Below are positions 20,642 to 30,859 of a stretch of 64,000 nt of DNA, one piece after another. The notes under the pieces are model-generated. The model ran no database searches, was not told where the DNA came from, and was given only the letters and a program-made list of their open reading frames with translations. Position numbers and translations under genes: made by a program. Each line of letters opens with the position of its first letter. The stretch's first letter is position 1. The DNA is from an uncultured delta proteobacterium (GTDB lineage: Bacteria > Desulfobacterota > Binatia > JACPRU01). The DNA is taken from assembly GCA_963745025.1 (NCBI GenBank), contig CAVUWD010000020.1, positions 207,527-271,526 on the forward strand, in the 5' to 3' direction.

Positions 20642-23286
20642 GCGAAGAGCAACCCTTGCGGCTCGGCGGCAAGGAGCCCTCGGTCGTCAAGCTGACGCCG
20701 ATGCTCCAGCAGTACCTGCGGGTCAAGGAGCGCTATCCCGACGCAATCCTCCTCTACCGTCTCGGCGATTTCTACGAGATGTTCTTCGAGGACGCCGAGC
20801 GTGCGAGTCGCCTCCTCGACCTCACGCTCACCTCGCGGAGCAAGGGCGACGATGCGCGGATCCCGCTCTGCGGCGTTCCTCATCACTCGGTTCAGCCCTA
20901 CGTCCAGAAGCTCCTCGAGCACGGCCACAAGGTGGCGATCTGCGAGCAGGTCGAAGACCCGGCGACCGCGAAGGGCATCGTCGAGCGCAAGGTCGTGCGC
21001 GTCATCACGCCCGGTACGGTGCTCGAGGAGGAGAGCCTCGACCCGCGGGCGCCGAGCTACCTTGCCGCGGTGATCACGCGCGCCGGGCGATACGGCTTGG
21101 CGGTCGTCGACCTGTCGACGGGCGAGCTCCGCGCCACGGAGAGCCAGTCGCTCGAGGCGCTCGAGGAGGAGCTCGGTCGGTTGCGGCCGCGCGAAGTGAT
21201 CCTCGCGGCGGGCTTGCTCGGCGCGGCGCCGCTCGCGCGCCTGCCGTCGACGCTGCGGACGAGCGAGCTTCCCGCCGAGGAGTTCTCGCCCGATCGATTG
21301 TCCGACTGGCTCGACAAGCGCGTCAGCACGGAGGCGGTCGAGTCCTGGAGAGCACGGCCGCTGGCGGCGGCGGCGCTCGGGGCGCTGCTCGGCTACCTCG
21401 ATCGGCAGCTCGTCGGCACCGACCACCTTCGCGCCCCCGAGCCCTACCAGATCGAAGAGTTCCTGGTCGTCGACGACACGAGTCGGAGAAACCTCGAGCT
21501 CGTCGAGACCGCCCGCGGTGAGCGCGTGGGCTCGCTTCTCTGGGTGTTGGATCGAACGCAGACTCCGATGGGCGCTCGCGTCCTCCGCCGCTGGCTTCTC
21601 TACCCGCTGCTCGACCCGGCCCGTATCGGCGAGCGACTCGACGTCGTGGAAGAGCTCTCGGACGAGCCCGCCGTCCGCGACGACCTGGCGGCGTCGCTCG
21701 AGGGGCTCGGCGACCTCGAGCGCCTGGCAGGGCGGATCGGCAGTCGCACGGCGTCACCCCGTGACCTCGTGCGCCTGCGTCAGGCACTCGGGCGGGGCGA
21801 AGTCGTGCAAGGCCGGCTCGGGGGGGCCCGCTCGGCGCTGCTTCGCCGTCTCCGGGACGCGATCCGGCCGCTGCCGGCGCTCCGCGACCTCGTGGCGCGC
21901 GCTCTCGTCGACGTCCCGCCGCTCTCGGCTCGGCAAGGAGACCTCGTCCGCGCCGGATACTCGGCCGAGATCGACGAGCTTCGCGCGCTTCGCCACGACG
22001 GCAAGAGCTGGATCTCCGCGCTCGAATCGCGCGAGCGCGCGCGGACGGGCATCGGCTCGCTGAAAGTCCGCTACAATAAGGTCTTCGGCTACTACATCGA
22101 AGTCACCAATCCCAACCTGAAGCTCGTTCCCGCCGACTATCTGCGGCGGCAGACGATCGCCGGAGGGGAGCGCTTCGTCACCCCCGAGCTCAAGGACTAC
22201 GAGTCGAAGGTGCTCGGCGCGGAGGAGCGACTGCGCGCCCTCGAGAGCGGACTCTTCGAGGAGCTGGTGAGAGACGTCGCCCAGCACCTCGCCGAGATCA
22301 TCGCGACCGCGGGCGCTCTCGCGGAGCTCGACGGGCTTTGCTCGCTCGCCGTGGTGGCCCTCGACGGCCGCTACGTGCGCCCGCTGCTCGACCACTCGCC
22401 GGTCGTCGAGATCCGCGAGGGCCGCCATCCGGTGATCGAGCGGATGCTGCCGCCGGGACGATTCGTTCCGAACGATGCCGAGCTCGATCCCGACCGAGCG
22501 CAGATCGTCGTCCTGACCGGCCCCAACATGGCGGGGAAGTCGACGTATCTCCGCCAGACGGCGCTGATCGCGCTGATGGCGCAGATGGGCAGCTTCGTGC
22601 CCGCCGCGCGGGCCCACGTCGGCATCGTCGATCGCGTGTTCACGCGCGTCGGCGCGGCGGACAATCTCGCCGCCGGCGACTCGACGTTCATGGTCGAGAT
22701 GAAGGAGACCGCGCACATCCTCGCGCACCTGACCCCTCGCTCGCTCGTCGTGCTCGACGAGATCGGACGCGGCACGTCGACCTTCGATGGGATCTCGATC
22801 GCCTGGGCGGTCGCCGAGCATCTTCATGCCTCGCCGGCGCGGCCGAAGACGCTGTTCGCGACCCATTTCCACGAGCTCACCGAACTCGCGCTCACCGCGG
22901 AGCGGGTCGTCAACTTTTCGGTGGCCGTGAAGGAGTGGCAGGGCGACGTGGTGTTTCTGCGCCGGATCGTTCCCGGACCGGCGAGCCAGAGTTACGGGAT
23001 CCACGTCGCACGGCTGGCCGGCGTGCCCGACGGCGTCATCGCACGGGCGCGGGAAATCCTTCAGAACCTCGAGAGCGGCGAGCGCAACGAAGTCGGCGAG
23101 CCCCGGCTGGCCGTGCGCGGGGCGCGCTCGGGTCAGCTCGGGCTCTTCGCGGCTCCGTCTGCGGAGGCGGCGTCGATTCTCGAGGCGCTGCGCTCGATCG
23201 AGCCGCTGACGCTGACCCCGATCGAGTCGCTCGGCAAGCTCGCCGATCTCGTCGAGCGCGCCAAGCGGGAGAACGGCAAGCGATGA
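20638..23286 (+). CDS. mutS: DNA mismatch repair protein MutS
   Basis: TPMLQQY, GDFYEMFFEDA, TGPNMAGKST, STFMVEM, DEIGRGTS, SYGIHVA. Confidence 0.98.
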   Translation: MSEEQPLRLGGKEPSVVKLTPMLQQYLRVKERYPDAILLYRLGDFYEMFFEDAERASRLLDLTLTSRSKGDDARIPLCGVPHHSVQPYVQKLLEHGHKVAICEQVEDPATAKGIVERKVVRVITPGTVLEEESLDPRAPSYLAAVITRAGRYGLAVVDLSTGELRATESQSLEALEEELGRLRPREVILAAGLLGAAPLARLPSTLRTSELPAEEFSPDRLSDWLDKRVSTEAVESWRARPLAAAALGALLGYLDRQLVGTDHLRAPEPYQIEEFLVVDDTSRRNLELVETARGERVGSLLWVLDRTQTPMGARVLRRWLLYPLLDPARIGERLDVVEELSDEPAVRDDLAASLEGLGDLERLAGRIGSRTASPRDLVRLRQALGRGEVVQGRLGGARSALLRRLRDAIRPLPALRDLVARALVDVPPLSARQGDLVRAGYSAEIDELRALRHDGKSWISALESRERARTGIGSLKVRYNKVFGYYIEVTNPNLKLVPADYLRRQTIAGGERFVTPELKDYESKVLGAEERLRALESGLFEELVRDVAQHLAEIIATAGALAELDGLCSLAVVALDGRYVRPLLDHSPVVEIREGRHPVIERMLPPGRFVPNDAELDPDRAQIVVLTGPNMAGKSTYLRQTALIALMAQMGSFVPAARAHVGIVDRVFTRVGAADNLAAGDSTFMVEMKETAHILAHLTPRSLVVLDEIGRGTSTFDGISIAWAVAEHLHASPARPKTLFATHFHELTELALTAERVVNFSVAVKEWQGDVVFLRRIVPGPASQSYGIHVARLAGVPDGVIARAREILQNLESGERNEVGEPRLAVRGARSGQLGLFAAPSAEAASILEALRSIEPLTLTPIESLGKLADLVERAKRENGKR

Positions 23287-24704
23287 GACGAGCGCACGTC
23301 GGCCGGATCGCGATGCTGGCGATCGCCGCGCTCGCGGTGACGACGGCTCCGGCGGCGACGCCGAAGGCGGCGTTCGTCGTCGAGCGCATTCGTTACGTCG
23401 GGACCGTGAGCTACAGTCGCGTCGTCGTCGATCTCTCCGGGCCGGCGGAATATCACGTGCTGCCGGTCTCGGCTGACGGCAAGTCGGGGCCGCCGAATCG
23501 GCTGGTGGTCGATGTCGCCGCGGCCAAGGTCGGGCCCGAGGCGCGCGAGCCGCTCGAGATCGGCGATGCGGTGTTGCGCGGCATCCGCACGGGACAGTAC
23601 ACGCTCGACACGGCGCGGATCGTCCTCGACCTCGCGCGCGACGTCGAGGCGCGGACGTTCGTGCTTCCCGACCCGTATCGCCTCGTGATCGACCTCAAGG
23701 GGAAGGCCGGAGCGCTTCCGTCGGACGACACACGGGTGACGCGGATCGACACGGCACGCGCGGGCACGGCGCGCCCCGAACGGCCGCGAGAGCCGTCCGT
23801 TGCAGCTTCACCGAGCGGTGCGGAGCCGGCGGTCGCGGACGCGCGCGAGGCGGTGCGCGCGCGGCGCGGCGACGCGCGACCCGCGGCAAGAGCGGAGCCG
23901 CCGGCCGGGCCGCACGGGTTCAAGGTCGTGATCGATCCGGGTCACGGCGGCAAAGACCCCGGTGCGCACGGCATCCATGGCGTCGACGAGAAGGACGTCG
24001 TGCTGGCGGTGTCGAAGCTCTTGGCCTCGAGTCTCCGCGCGGACGGAATCGAGGTCGTCCTCACCCGCACCGACGATCGGTTCCTCTCGCTCGAAGAAAG
24101 GACCGGCCTCGCCAACGCGCAGGGCGCGGACCTCTTCATCTCCATTCACGCCAATGCGAGCACCAATCCGGGGCTCCGCGGTGTCGAGGTCTACTACCTG
24201 AACAACACCGACAACCGCGGCACGCTGCGGCTGGCCGCCATGGAGAACAACCTGCGTTGGGATCCGCGCAATCCGGAACTCCAATCCGCGATCCCGGATC
24301 TCTCGTACATCTTGAGCGATCTCCGGCAGACCTACAAGGTCGAGGAGTCGAAGCAGCTCGCCGAGGAGCTCCAGCAGTCGGTCGTGTCACGACTCGGAGC
24401 CGACTACGATCGCGTGGACGATCTCGGGGTCAAGGAAGGCCCGTTCTACGTGTTGGTCGGCGCCTACATGCCGTGCGTGCTCGTCGAGGTCTCGTTCCTC
24501 ACCAACCCGGTGGAGGGAACGCGGCTCGGGACGTCCCAATATCGCCGCGCCCTGGCCGAGGGGGTTTACCAAGGGATACGCCGCTACATCGCCCAGACGA
24601 AGCTGGCGAAGACCTGTGAAAGAACGGTCTTCCGGCTACCGACTACCGGCTACCGGAAAAGCAGCTTGACCCCGCCGGGGATGACTGGAGCCCATTCCCT
24701 GTAG
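23283..24704 (+). CDS. N-acetylmuramoyl-L-alanine amidase (AMIN + Amidase_3); true stop may be about 24620
   Basis: Signal peptide, VVIDPGHGGKDPGA, FISIHANA, LVEVSFLTN; C-terminal tail runs into the heptamer repeat. Confidence 0.92.
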   Translation: MRRAHVGRIAMLAIAALAVTTAPAATPKAAFVVERIRYVGTVSYSRVVVDLSGPAEYHVLPVSADGKSGPPNRLVVDVAAAKVGPEAREPLEIGDAVLRGIRTGQYTLDTARIVLDLARDVEARTFVLPDPYRLVIDLKGKAGALPSDDTRVTRIDTARAGTARPERPREPSVAASPSGAEPAVADAREAVRARRGDARPAARAEPPAGPHGFKVVIDPGHGGKDPGAHGIHGVDEKDVVLAVSKLLASSLRADGIEVVLTRTDDRFLSLEERTGLANAQGADLFISIHANASTNPGLRGVEVYYLNNTDNRGTLRLAAMENNLRWDPRNPELQSAIPDLSYILSDLRQTYKVEESKQLAEELQQSVVSRLGADYDRVDDLGVKEGPFYVLVGAYMPCVLVEVSFLTNPVEGTRLGTSQYRRALAEGVYQGIRRYIAQTKLAKTCERTVFRLPTTGYRKSSLTPPGMTGAHSL

Positions 24705-24721
24705 CCGGTAGCCTGTAGCCG
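24632..24721. repeat. Heptamer palindromic intergenic element
   Basis: GGCTACC GACTACC GGCTACC ... CTGTAGC CGGTAGC CTGTAGC. Confidence 0.7.
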
Positions 24722-24726
24722 ATCCC

Positions 24727-27442
24727 ATGAACCTCGCGAATCCCGAAACCGCGCTCGCCTTTTCCGCCGACGAGATCGCGTTCCCGCATGTTGACGGCCG
24801 GCAAGACGACCTCGGGCTCGTCGCAAAGGCGGCTGTCCAGCGGGCGCGGGCGCGGCTCGAAGCCTGGAACGTCGCGGGAGCGAGCGGCGCGCAAGTCGTC
24901 TCGGCGTTCACCGAGGTGATGGACCGCACGGTCCACTTCCTTCACGCGGCGGCGGTGGCCGACTTCGCCCGGCGCAACGCACGCGTCAACCAGAAATGCG
25001 CGGTGTTGGCGCAAGGCGGCTACGGCCGCGCCGAGCTCAACCCGTTTTCCGACATCGACTTGCTCTTTCTCTATCAGTGGAAGGTGAACCCGTTCGTCGA
25101 GAGCGTCGCGGAGAAGATTCTCTACAGCCTCTGGGACACCGGCCTGCAAGTCGGCCACGCGGTGCGCAGCGTGCCGGAGTGCGCTCGCCTCGCCGCGCGG
25201 GACTTCAAGGTGAAGACCTCGCTGCTCGACGCCCGCTTCCTGTGCGGCGATCCCGAGCTCGCCTTGGACTTCGATCGGATCGTCGAGACCGACATCGTGC
25301 GACGCAACCCCGACCGCTTCGTCAAGGAGGCGCTCAAGCAGACCGCAGAGCGGCATGCGCAGTACGGCAGCTCGGTCTACCTCCTCGAGCCGCATATCAA
25401 GGAAGGCGAGGGCGGGCTTCGCGACCTGCACACGGCGCTTTGGATCGCGCGCGTCAAGTTCAAGGTCCGGAGCCTGCGCGAGATCGTGCAGAAGGGGGTC
25501 GTCCCCGAGAGCGAGATCGCCTCGGTGCTCGAATCGCGCGACTTTCTCTGGAAGGTTCGCAACACGCTCCACTTCGCGACCGGCGGCCATCAAGATCAAC
25601 TCACGTTCGAGCATCAGGAGCGCGTGGCGGCGACGCTCGGCTACCGTGACGCGGACGAGCGGCGCGCGGTCGAGCGCTTTCTCCAGCACTACTACCTGCA
25701 CGCGGCCCGGGTGCATCGCTTCGGGACGCTCGTGACCGAGCGCTGCCTCGAATCGCAGAGCCCCTACCGTCGTCTGGGGCGCATCTTCAGCCGGCGGATC
25801 CGACCCGGGATCCGCATCGTCGGCGGCGAGATCGTGATCGAGGACCCGGCGATTCTCGAGGATGCCGCGAGCGTCGTCGAGGTGTTCCTCGAGTCCCAAC
25901 GCCACGGCGTCGAGATCGGCAGCCGCGCGCGAGAGCTCCTCACCCGTGCGACGACCGTTCTCGAGACGGGACGTGCGTTTCCCGTGGTCGTCGAACCGTT
26001 TCTCGAGATCCTGCGCGGGCGGAAGGCGTCTCTACGAGACGCTGCGCACGATGCACGACGTCGGTACGCTCGGTGCGTTGGTGCCGGAGTTCGGACAGCT
26101 TCGCTCGATGGTGATCCGCGATTTTTACCACATCTACACGGTCGACGAGCACACACTGCGGGGCATCATGGAGCTCGAGCATCTCGGCGCCGGAGAGCAT
26201 CGCCAGAGCTCTCCGTTGCTCACGCAGGTGATGCGCGAGATCGACCGCCCGGAGGTGCTCTACCTGGCGATGTTGCTGCACGACGTCGGCAAGGGGCACG
26301 GCCACGACCATTCCGACCGCGGCGCGCGGCTCGCCGAGCACGTCGCGCGGCGCTTGGGCCTCCACGATGACGACGTGGTCCAGGTCGAACGTCTGGTGCG
26401 TCACCATCTGCTGATGTCGCACGTTGCCCAGCACCGCGACCTCCAGGACGACCGCGTGATCTTCGACTTCGCGAGGCACGTCGGCAGCGTCGAGATTCTC
26501 AAGAAGCTCTACGTCATGACCTTCGCGGACATGCGTGCCGTCGCCCCGAAGGTGTGGAACAACTGGCGCGACCTGCTGCTCGCCGAGCTCTACATGCGGA
26601 CCCTCGAGCACTTCGAAAAGGGCGAGTTCGCCGAGGAGGCGCGCGGGGCGCGGGTCGAGCGCGTGAAGGAGCGCCTGCGCCGCGCGCTGGCGGAGCACGA
26701 GGGGGGGCTCCGCCAGGCGCTCGAGACGGTCCTCGCGACCATGCCGGAGAGCTACTTCTTGAGCACGCCCGAGCAGAGCGTCCCGCACCACGCGGAGCTG
26801 CTCCGCGAGTTCCGCGAAGGCGGCGGCTCCTTCGTCTCGTCGGTCCGTCACTTCCCCGATCGCGAGTTCAGCGAGTTCACCATCTGCGCCGCCGATCGAC
26901 CGGGCCTCTTTTCGATGATCGCCGGCGTGCTCGCGGCGCACGGCATGAACATCGTCGGCGCGCAGATCACCACGAGCCACGACGGCGTGGCGCTCGACGT
27001 CTTCCGGCTGTCACACGCCGAATCCACCGAGCGGGTGCTCGACGAGGGGCGCTGGCAGCGCCTGCGCGACAGCCTCGAGTGCGTGCAGCGGGGAGAAACG
27101 TCGGTCGAGGCGCTGGTCGAGCGCTCGCAGCGACCGACCGTGCTCTCGCGCCGTGCGCTGCCGCGCATCCCGACCTCGGTGACGTTCGATCTCCAGGACT
27201 CGGAGCACTACAGCCTGATCGAGGTCTCGACGCAGGACCAGATCGGGCTCCTCTTCGCGATCACCAACACGCTCTACCGCCAGGGCTGCCTGATCCATCT
27301 CGCCAAGATCTCGACCGTGCTGCACCACGTCTACGACGTGTTCTACGTGACCGACGCGTCGGGCCGGAAGATCGAAGACTGGCGGCGCATGCAGGAGATC
27401 TGCGAGGCGGTGCGGCAGCGGGCCGAGGGAAGCAACGGGTGA
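24727..27442 (+). CDS. glnD: [Protein-PII] uridylyltransferase, one apparent frameshift at about 26022
   Basis: GGYGRAELNPFSDIDL, EPHIKEGEGGLRDLH, HIYTVDEHT, LLHDVGKG, two ACT domains. Confidence 0.93.
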
Positions 27443-28380
27443 GCGAATCGGTGGGCTCGGGCGTCTCCCGCCCGCGCGCGACCACGACGCTCGATCGGAG
27501 CGTCGACGCCTACCTGAACTATCTCGCCGCGGGCCGCGGCCTCGCCCGCAACACGCTCGACGCCTACGGACGGGACCTCGCGGTGCTCGTGTCGTTCCTC
27601 TCCGCGCGGGGTCGCACGGCGCCGCAAGGCGTTCGCTCCGAAGATCTCGTCGATTACCTCGGCTGGCTGCGCGACCGAGATCTCAAGGCGGCGAGCGTGG
27701 CCCGCCGCTTCTCGGCCGCGCGCGGCTGGCTGCGCTACCTCGAGTCGGCGGGGACGCTGAAGAGGAATCCCGCGGCGACCGTCCGTTCGTCGAGGCTGCC
27801 GCGGCGCCTGCCGCGCCCCTGGACGCGCGAAGACGTGCGGCTGCTCCTCGATCGTCCGTTCGAAGGGCGATTCGGAGCGCGCGATCGGGCGATGCTGGAG
27901 GCCCTCTACGGCGCGGGGCTCCGCGTGTCCGAGCTGGTCTCGCTCCGGCTCGCGCAGTTGAATCTCGACGGCGGCTACGTCGTCGTCATCGGCAAGGGCA
28001 ACAAGGAGCGTCCGGTGCCGGTGGGGGCGCCCGCGCGCGAGGCGTTGCGCGCCTACCTCGAAGGCCCGCGGGCCGCGCTCCTCCGCGGGCGAGCGAGCCC
28101 CTGCGTGTTCGTCACGCCGCGCGGCCGGCCGATGTCGCGGCAGGGATTCTGGAAGCTGCTTCGCCAGCGAGCGCTCGCACTCGGGCTGCCCGAGGTGAGC
28201 CCGCATCGCTTGCGCCACTCCTTCGCGACGCACCTTCTCGAAGGCGGCGCGGACCTTCGCGCCGTGCAGGCGATGCTCGGGCACGCCGACATCGCCACGA
28301 CCCAGGTCTACACCGACGTCGCGCGAACGAAGCTCCGCGATCTCCATCGTCGCTTCCATCCGCGCTCGAAGCGGCGGTAG
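27439..28380 (+). CDS. xerD: Tyrosine recombinase XerD
   Basis: GLARNTLDAYGRDL, GLRVSEL, GKGNKER, SPHRLRHSFATHLL, LGHADIATTQVY; context upstream of S2P-trpS-scpAB. Confidence 0.88.
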   Translation: MSESVGSGVSRPRATTTLDRSVDAYLNYLAAGRGLARNTLDAYGRDLAVLVSFLSARGRTAPQGVRSEDLVDYLGWLRDRDLKAASVARRFSAARGWLRYLESAGTLKRNPAATVRSSRLPRRLPRPWTREDVRLLLDRPFEGRFGARDRAMLEALYGAGLRVSELVSLRLAQLNLDGGYVVVIGKGNKERPVPVGAPAREALRAYLEGPRAALLRGRASPCVFVTPRGRPMSRQGFWKLLRQRALALGLPEVSPHRLRHSFATHLLEGGADLRAVQAMLGHADIATTQVYTDVARTKLRDLHRRFHPRSKRR

Positions 28381-28423
28381 GGTCGCACGGCGGTAGGGTC
28401 GCAATTGCGGAGGCGGGAAGCGG

Positions 28424-29092
28424 GTGTTACAAATCGCGCACGTGCGCGAGCAGCTCCTGCAGATCTCGCTTTGGATCCTACCGATTCTCGTCGCGGTGGT
28501 CTTTCACGAAGTGGCCCACGGTTACGTCGCGAACTGGTTCGGCGACGATACGGCCAAGCGTGCGGGGCGGCTCACGCTGAATCCGCTGCCGCACATCGAC
28601 CCGCTCGGCAGCGTCTTCCTGCCGCTCCTGCTGCTCGCCACTAACTCCGGATTCCTGTTCGGCTGGGCGAAGCCGGTGCCGGTCGATTTTCGGGCGCTGC
28701 GCCATCCCAAGCGCGACATGGTGTTCGTCGCCGCGGCCGGTCCGCTCACGAATCTTGCCCTCGCTACCGTGAGCGCGCTCGTCTTTCACGAGATCCGGTT
28801 CGCCGCGGCCCACGGCTCGGGCGCTCTCGTCGAGACGGTTTTCTATCCGGTGGCGATGATCGCCCAGCGAAGTGTCTTGATGAACGTCTTTCTCGGCGTC
28901 TTCAACTTGATCCCGATCCCTCCGCTCGACGGTGGGCGAGTGCTCGCCGGGCTCCTGCCGCTCGCGTGGGCGCGCCAGTTCGCCAGGATCGAGCCGTTCG
29001 GCTTCCTCATCCTGATCGTGCTCCTCATGTCCCGTTCCCTCGGCCTGATCGTTCGCCGGCCGATCCAGCTACTGCTCGACGTTCTCCTCTGA
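28424..29092 (+). CDS. Site-2 protease (M50) family protein
   Basis: HEVAH, GRLTLNPL, AAGPLTN, FNLIPIPPLDGG. Confidence 0.93.
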   Translation: MLQIAHVREQLLQISLWILPILVAVVFHEVAHGYVANWFGDDTAKRAGRLTLNPLPHIDPLGSVFLPLLLLATNSGFLFGWAKPVPVDFRALRHPKRDMVFVAAAGPLTNLALATVSALVFHEIRFAAAHGSGALVETVFYPVAMIAQRSVLMNVFLGVFNLIPIPPLDGGRVLAGLLPLAWARQFARIEPFGFLILIVLLMSRSLGLIVRRPIQLLLDVLL

Positions 29093-30105
29093 TGGCTCAA
29101 CCGACGCTGCTGAGCGGCTTCCGGCCCACCGGGCGCCTGCACCTCGGTCACCTGCACGGGACGCTCAAGAACTGGGTGAAGCTGCAGGCGAGCTACCGCT
29201 CGTTCTTCTTCGTCGCCGATTGGCACGCGCTGACGACCAAGTTCGAGGAGATCGACGGGATCGCGGGGAGCACGCGCGAGATGGTCGCCGACTGGCTGGC
29301 GGTCGGGCTCGATCCCGAACGCTCCGTCATCTTTCGCCAGTCCGCGATCCACGAGCACGCCGAGCTCTTCCTGATCTTCGCGATGATCACGCCGACGCCG
29401 TGGCTGCTGCGCAATCCGACCGTCAAGGAGCAGGCGCGCGAGCTCGGGCTCGTTGCGTCGGACGACGAGGCGGAGATGACGAAGATCAACTTCGGCCATC
29501 TCGGCTATCCGGTGCTGCAGGCCGCCGACATCCTCGTCTACAAGGCGAACAAGGTGCCGGTCGGCGCCGATCAGGTGCCGCACGTCGAGCTCGCGCGCGA
29601 GCTCGCGCGGCGCTTCAACCACCTCTATCGTCCGGTGTTTCCCGAGCCGGACGCCTTGCTCAGCGAGGCGCCGAAGATCTCGGGGCTCGACGGGCGCAAG
29701 ATGAGCAAGAGCTACAACAACGCGGTCTTCCTCTCCGAGCCGCCCGCCGACGTCGACGCCAAGCTCTCGCGCATGATGACCGATCCGCGCCGCGCACGGC
29801 GCACCGATCCGGGCGATCCGAAGGACTGCCCGGCCTACCAGAGCTTTCACAAGATCTACTGCACGCCGGACGAGCTCGCGTACGTCGACGAGGGCTGCAA
29901 GAGCGCCTCGATCGGCTGCCTCGACTGCAAGAAGATCATGATCCGCCACGTGCTCGAGGATCTGAAGCCGATCCAGGCGCGCCGGCAGGAGATCGACGCC
30001 AAGCCGTCGCTCGTGACCGAGGTGATCGAGGACGGCAACCGCCGCGCGCGCGCCGTGGCCAGCGAGACGATGCGCGAGGTCCGCGACGCGGTCGGCCTCG
30101 TATGA
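29092..30105 (+). CDS. trpS: Tryptophan--tRNA ligase
   Basis: SGFRPTGRLHLGH, YPVLQAADIL, VPVGADQ, KMSKS. Confidence 0.97.
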   Translation: MAQPTLLSGFRPTGRLHLGHLHGTLKNWVKLQASYRSFFFVADWHALTTKFEEIDGIAGSTREMVADWLAVGLDPERSVIFRQSAIHEHAELFLIFAMITPTPWLLRNPTVKEQARELGLVASDDEAEMTKINFGHLGYPVLQAADILVYKANKVPVGADQVPHVELARELARRFNHLYRPVFPEPDALLSEAPKISGLDGRKMSKSYNNAVFLSEPPADVDAKLSRMMTDPRRARRTDPGDPKDCPAYQSFHKIYCTPDELAYVDEGCKSASIGCLDCKKIMIRHVLEDLKPIQARRQEIDAKPSLVTEVIEDGNRRARAVASETMREVRDAVGLV

Positions 30106-30854
30106 ACCCCCGATTTCAGCTCGACATCTTCGAGGGACCGCTCGATCTCCTGCTGCACCTGATCAAGAAGAACGAGGTCGACGTTCACGACATTCCGATC
30201 GCGCTGATCACCGACCAGTATCTCGCCTACCTCGGTCTCTTCGAGCAGCTGAATCTCGACCTCGCGGGCGAGTATCTGGTGATGGCCGCGACGCTCATGC
30301 AGATCAAGTCGCGGATGCTGCTGCCGGCGGTCGAGGGCGAGCCCGAGGAGGACGAAGACCCGCGAAGTGAGCTCGTACAGCAGCTCGAGGAGTATCAGCG
30401 CTTTCGGGCGGCCGCTGGCCAGCTCGCCGATCGCGACGTCCTCGACCGCGACGTGTTCCGGCGCAGCCCCGAGGAGCCCGAGAGCGAGACGCGGGAGCTG
30501 CCGCGCCTGCGTGAGCTCGAGCTCGCCGATCTCGTCGACGCGCTGCGTGAGGTGCTGAAACGGCTGCCGCAGGACAACCCACACGAGATCCTCGGCGAAC
30601 GCATTCCGATTGCCGACCGGATTCCCGTGATTCTCGAGCGCCTGCGGGAGGGCGACGTGGAGTTCGCGAGCCTCTTCGACGAGCGCTCGTCGCGCCGCGA
30701 GCTGGTCTCGACCTTCCTCGCGCTCCTCGAGCTCGTGAAGATTCGCGCGGTCCGCGCGTTGCAATCGGAGCGCTTCGGACCGATCCTGCTCACCTTGGCC
30801 GTGCCGTGCGACGCCGAAGTATCCCTGGACTTCAAGGACGATTACAAAGGTTGA
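30102..30854 (+). CDS. scpA: Segregation and condensation protein A
   Basis: FEGPLDLLLHLI, EYLVMAATL, TFLALLEL. Confidence 0.96.
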   Translation: MNPRFQLDIFEGPLDLLLHLIKKNEVDVHDIPIALITDQYLAYLGLFEQLNLDLAGEYLVMAATLMQIKSRMLLPAVEGEPEEDEDPRSELVQQLEEYQRFRAAAGQLADRDVLDRDVFRRSPEEPESETRELPRLRELELADLVDALREVLKRLPQDNPHEILGERIPIADRIPVILERLREGDVEFASLFDERSSRRELVSTFLALLELVKIRAVRALQSERFGPILLTLAVPCDAEVSLDFKDDYKG

Positions 30855-30859
30855 AGCCG

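Noticed and set aside
11269-24704. Long alternative-frame and antisense ORFs and extended N-termini (e.g. 11269-13032, 15808-17358, 22338 start)
   Set aside because: Arg/Ala/Gly-rich shadow ORFs typical of high-GC DNA, overlapping well-supported genes.
27439-28380. xerD as the island integrase
   Set aside because: It lies within the housekeeping glnD-xerD-S2P-trpS-scpAB-rluB run, 4 kb from the att; serine recombinase remnants sit at the att sites.
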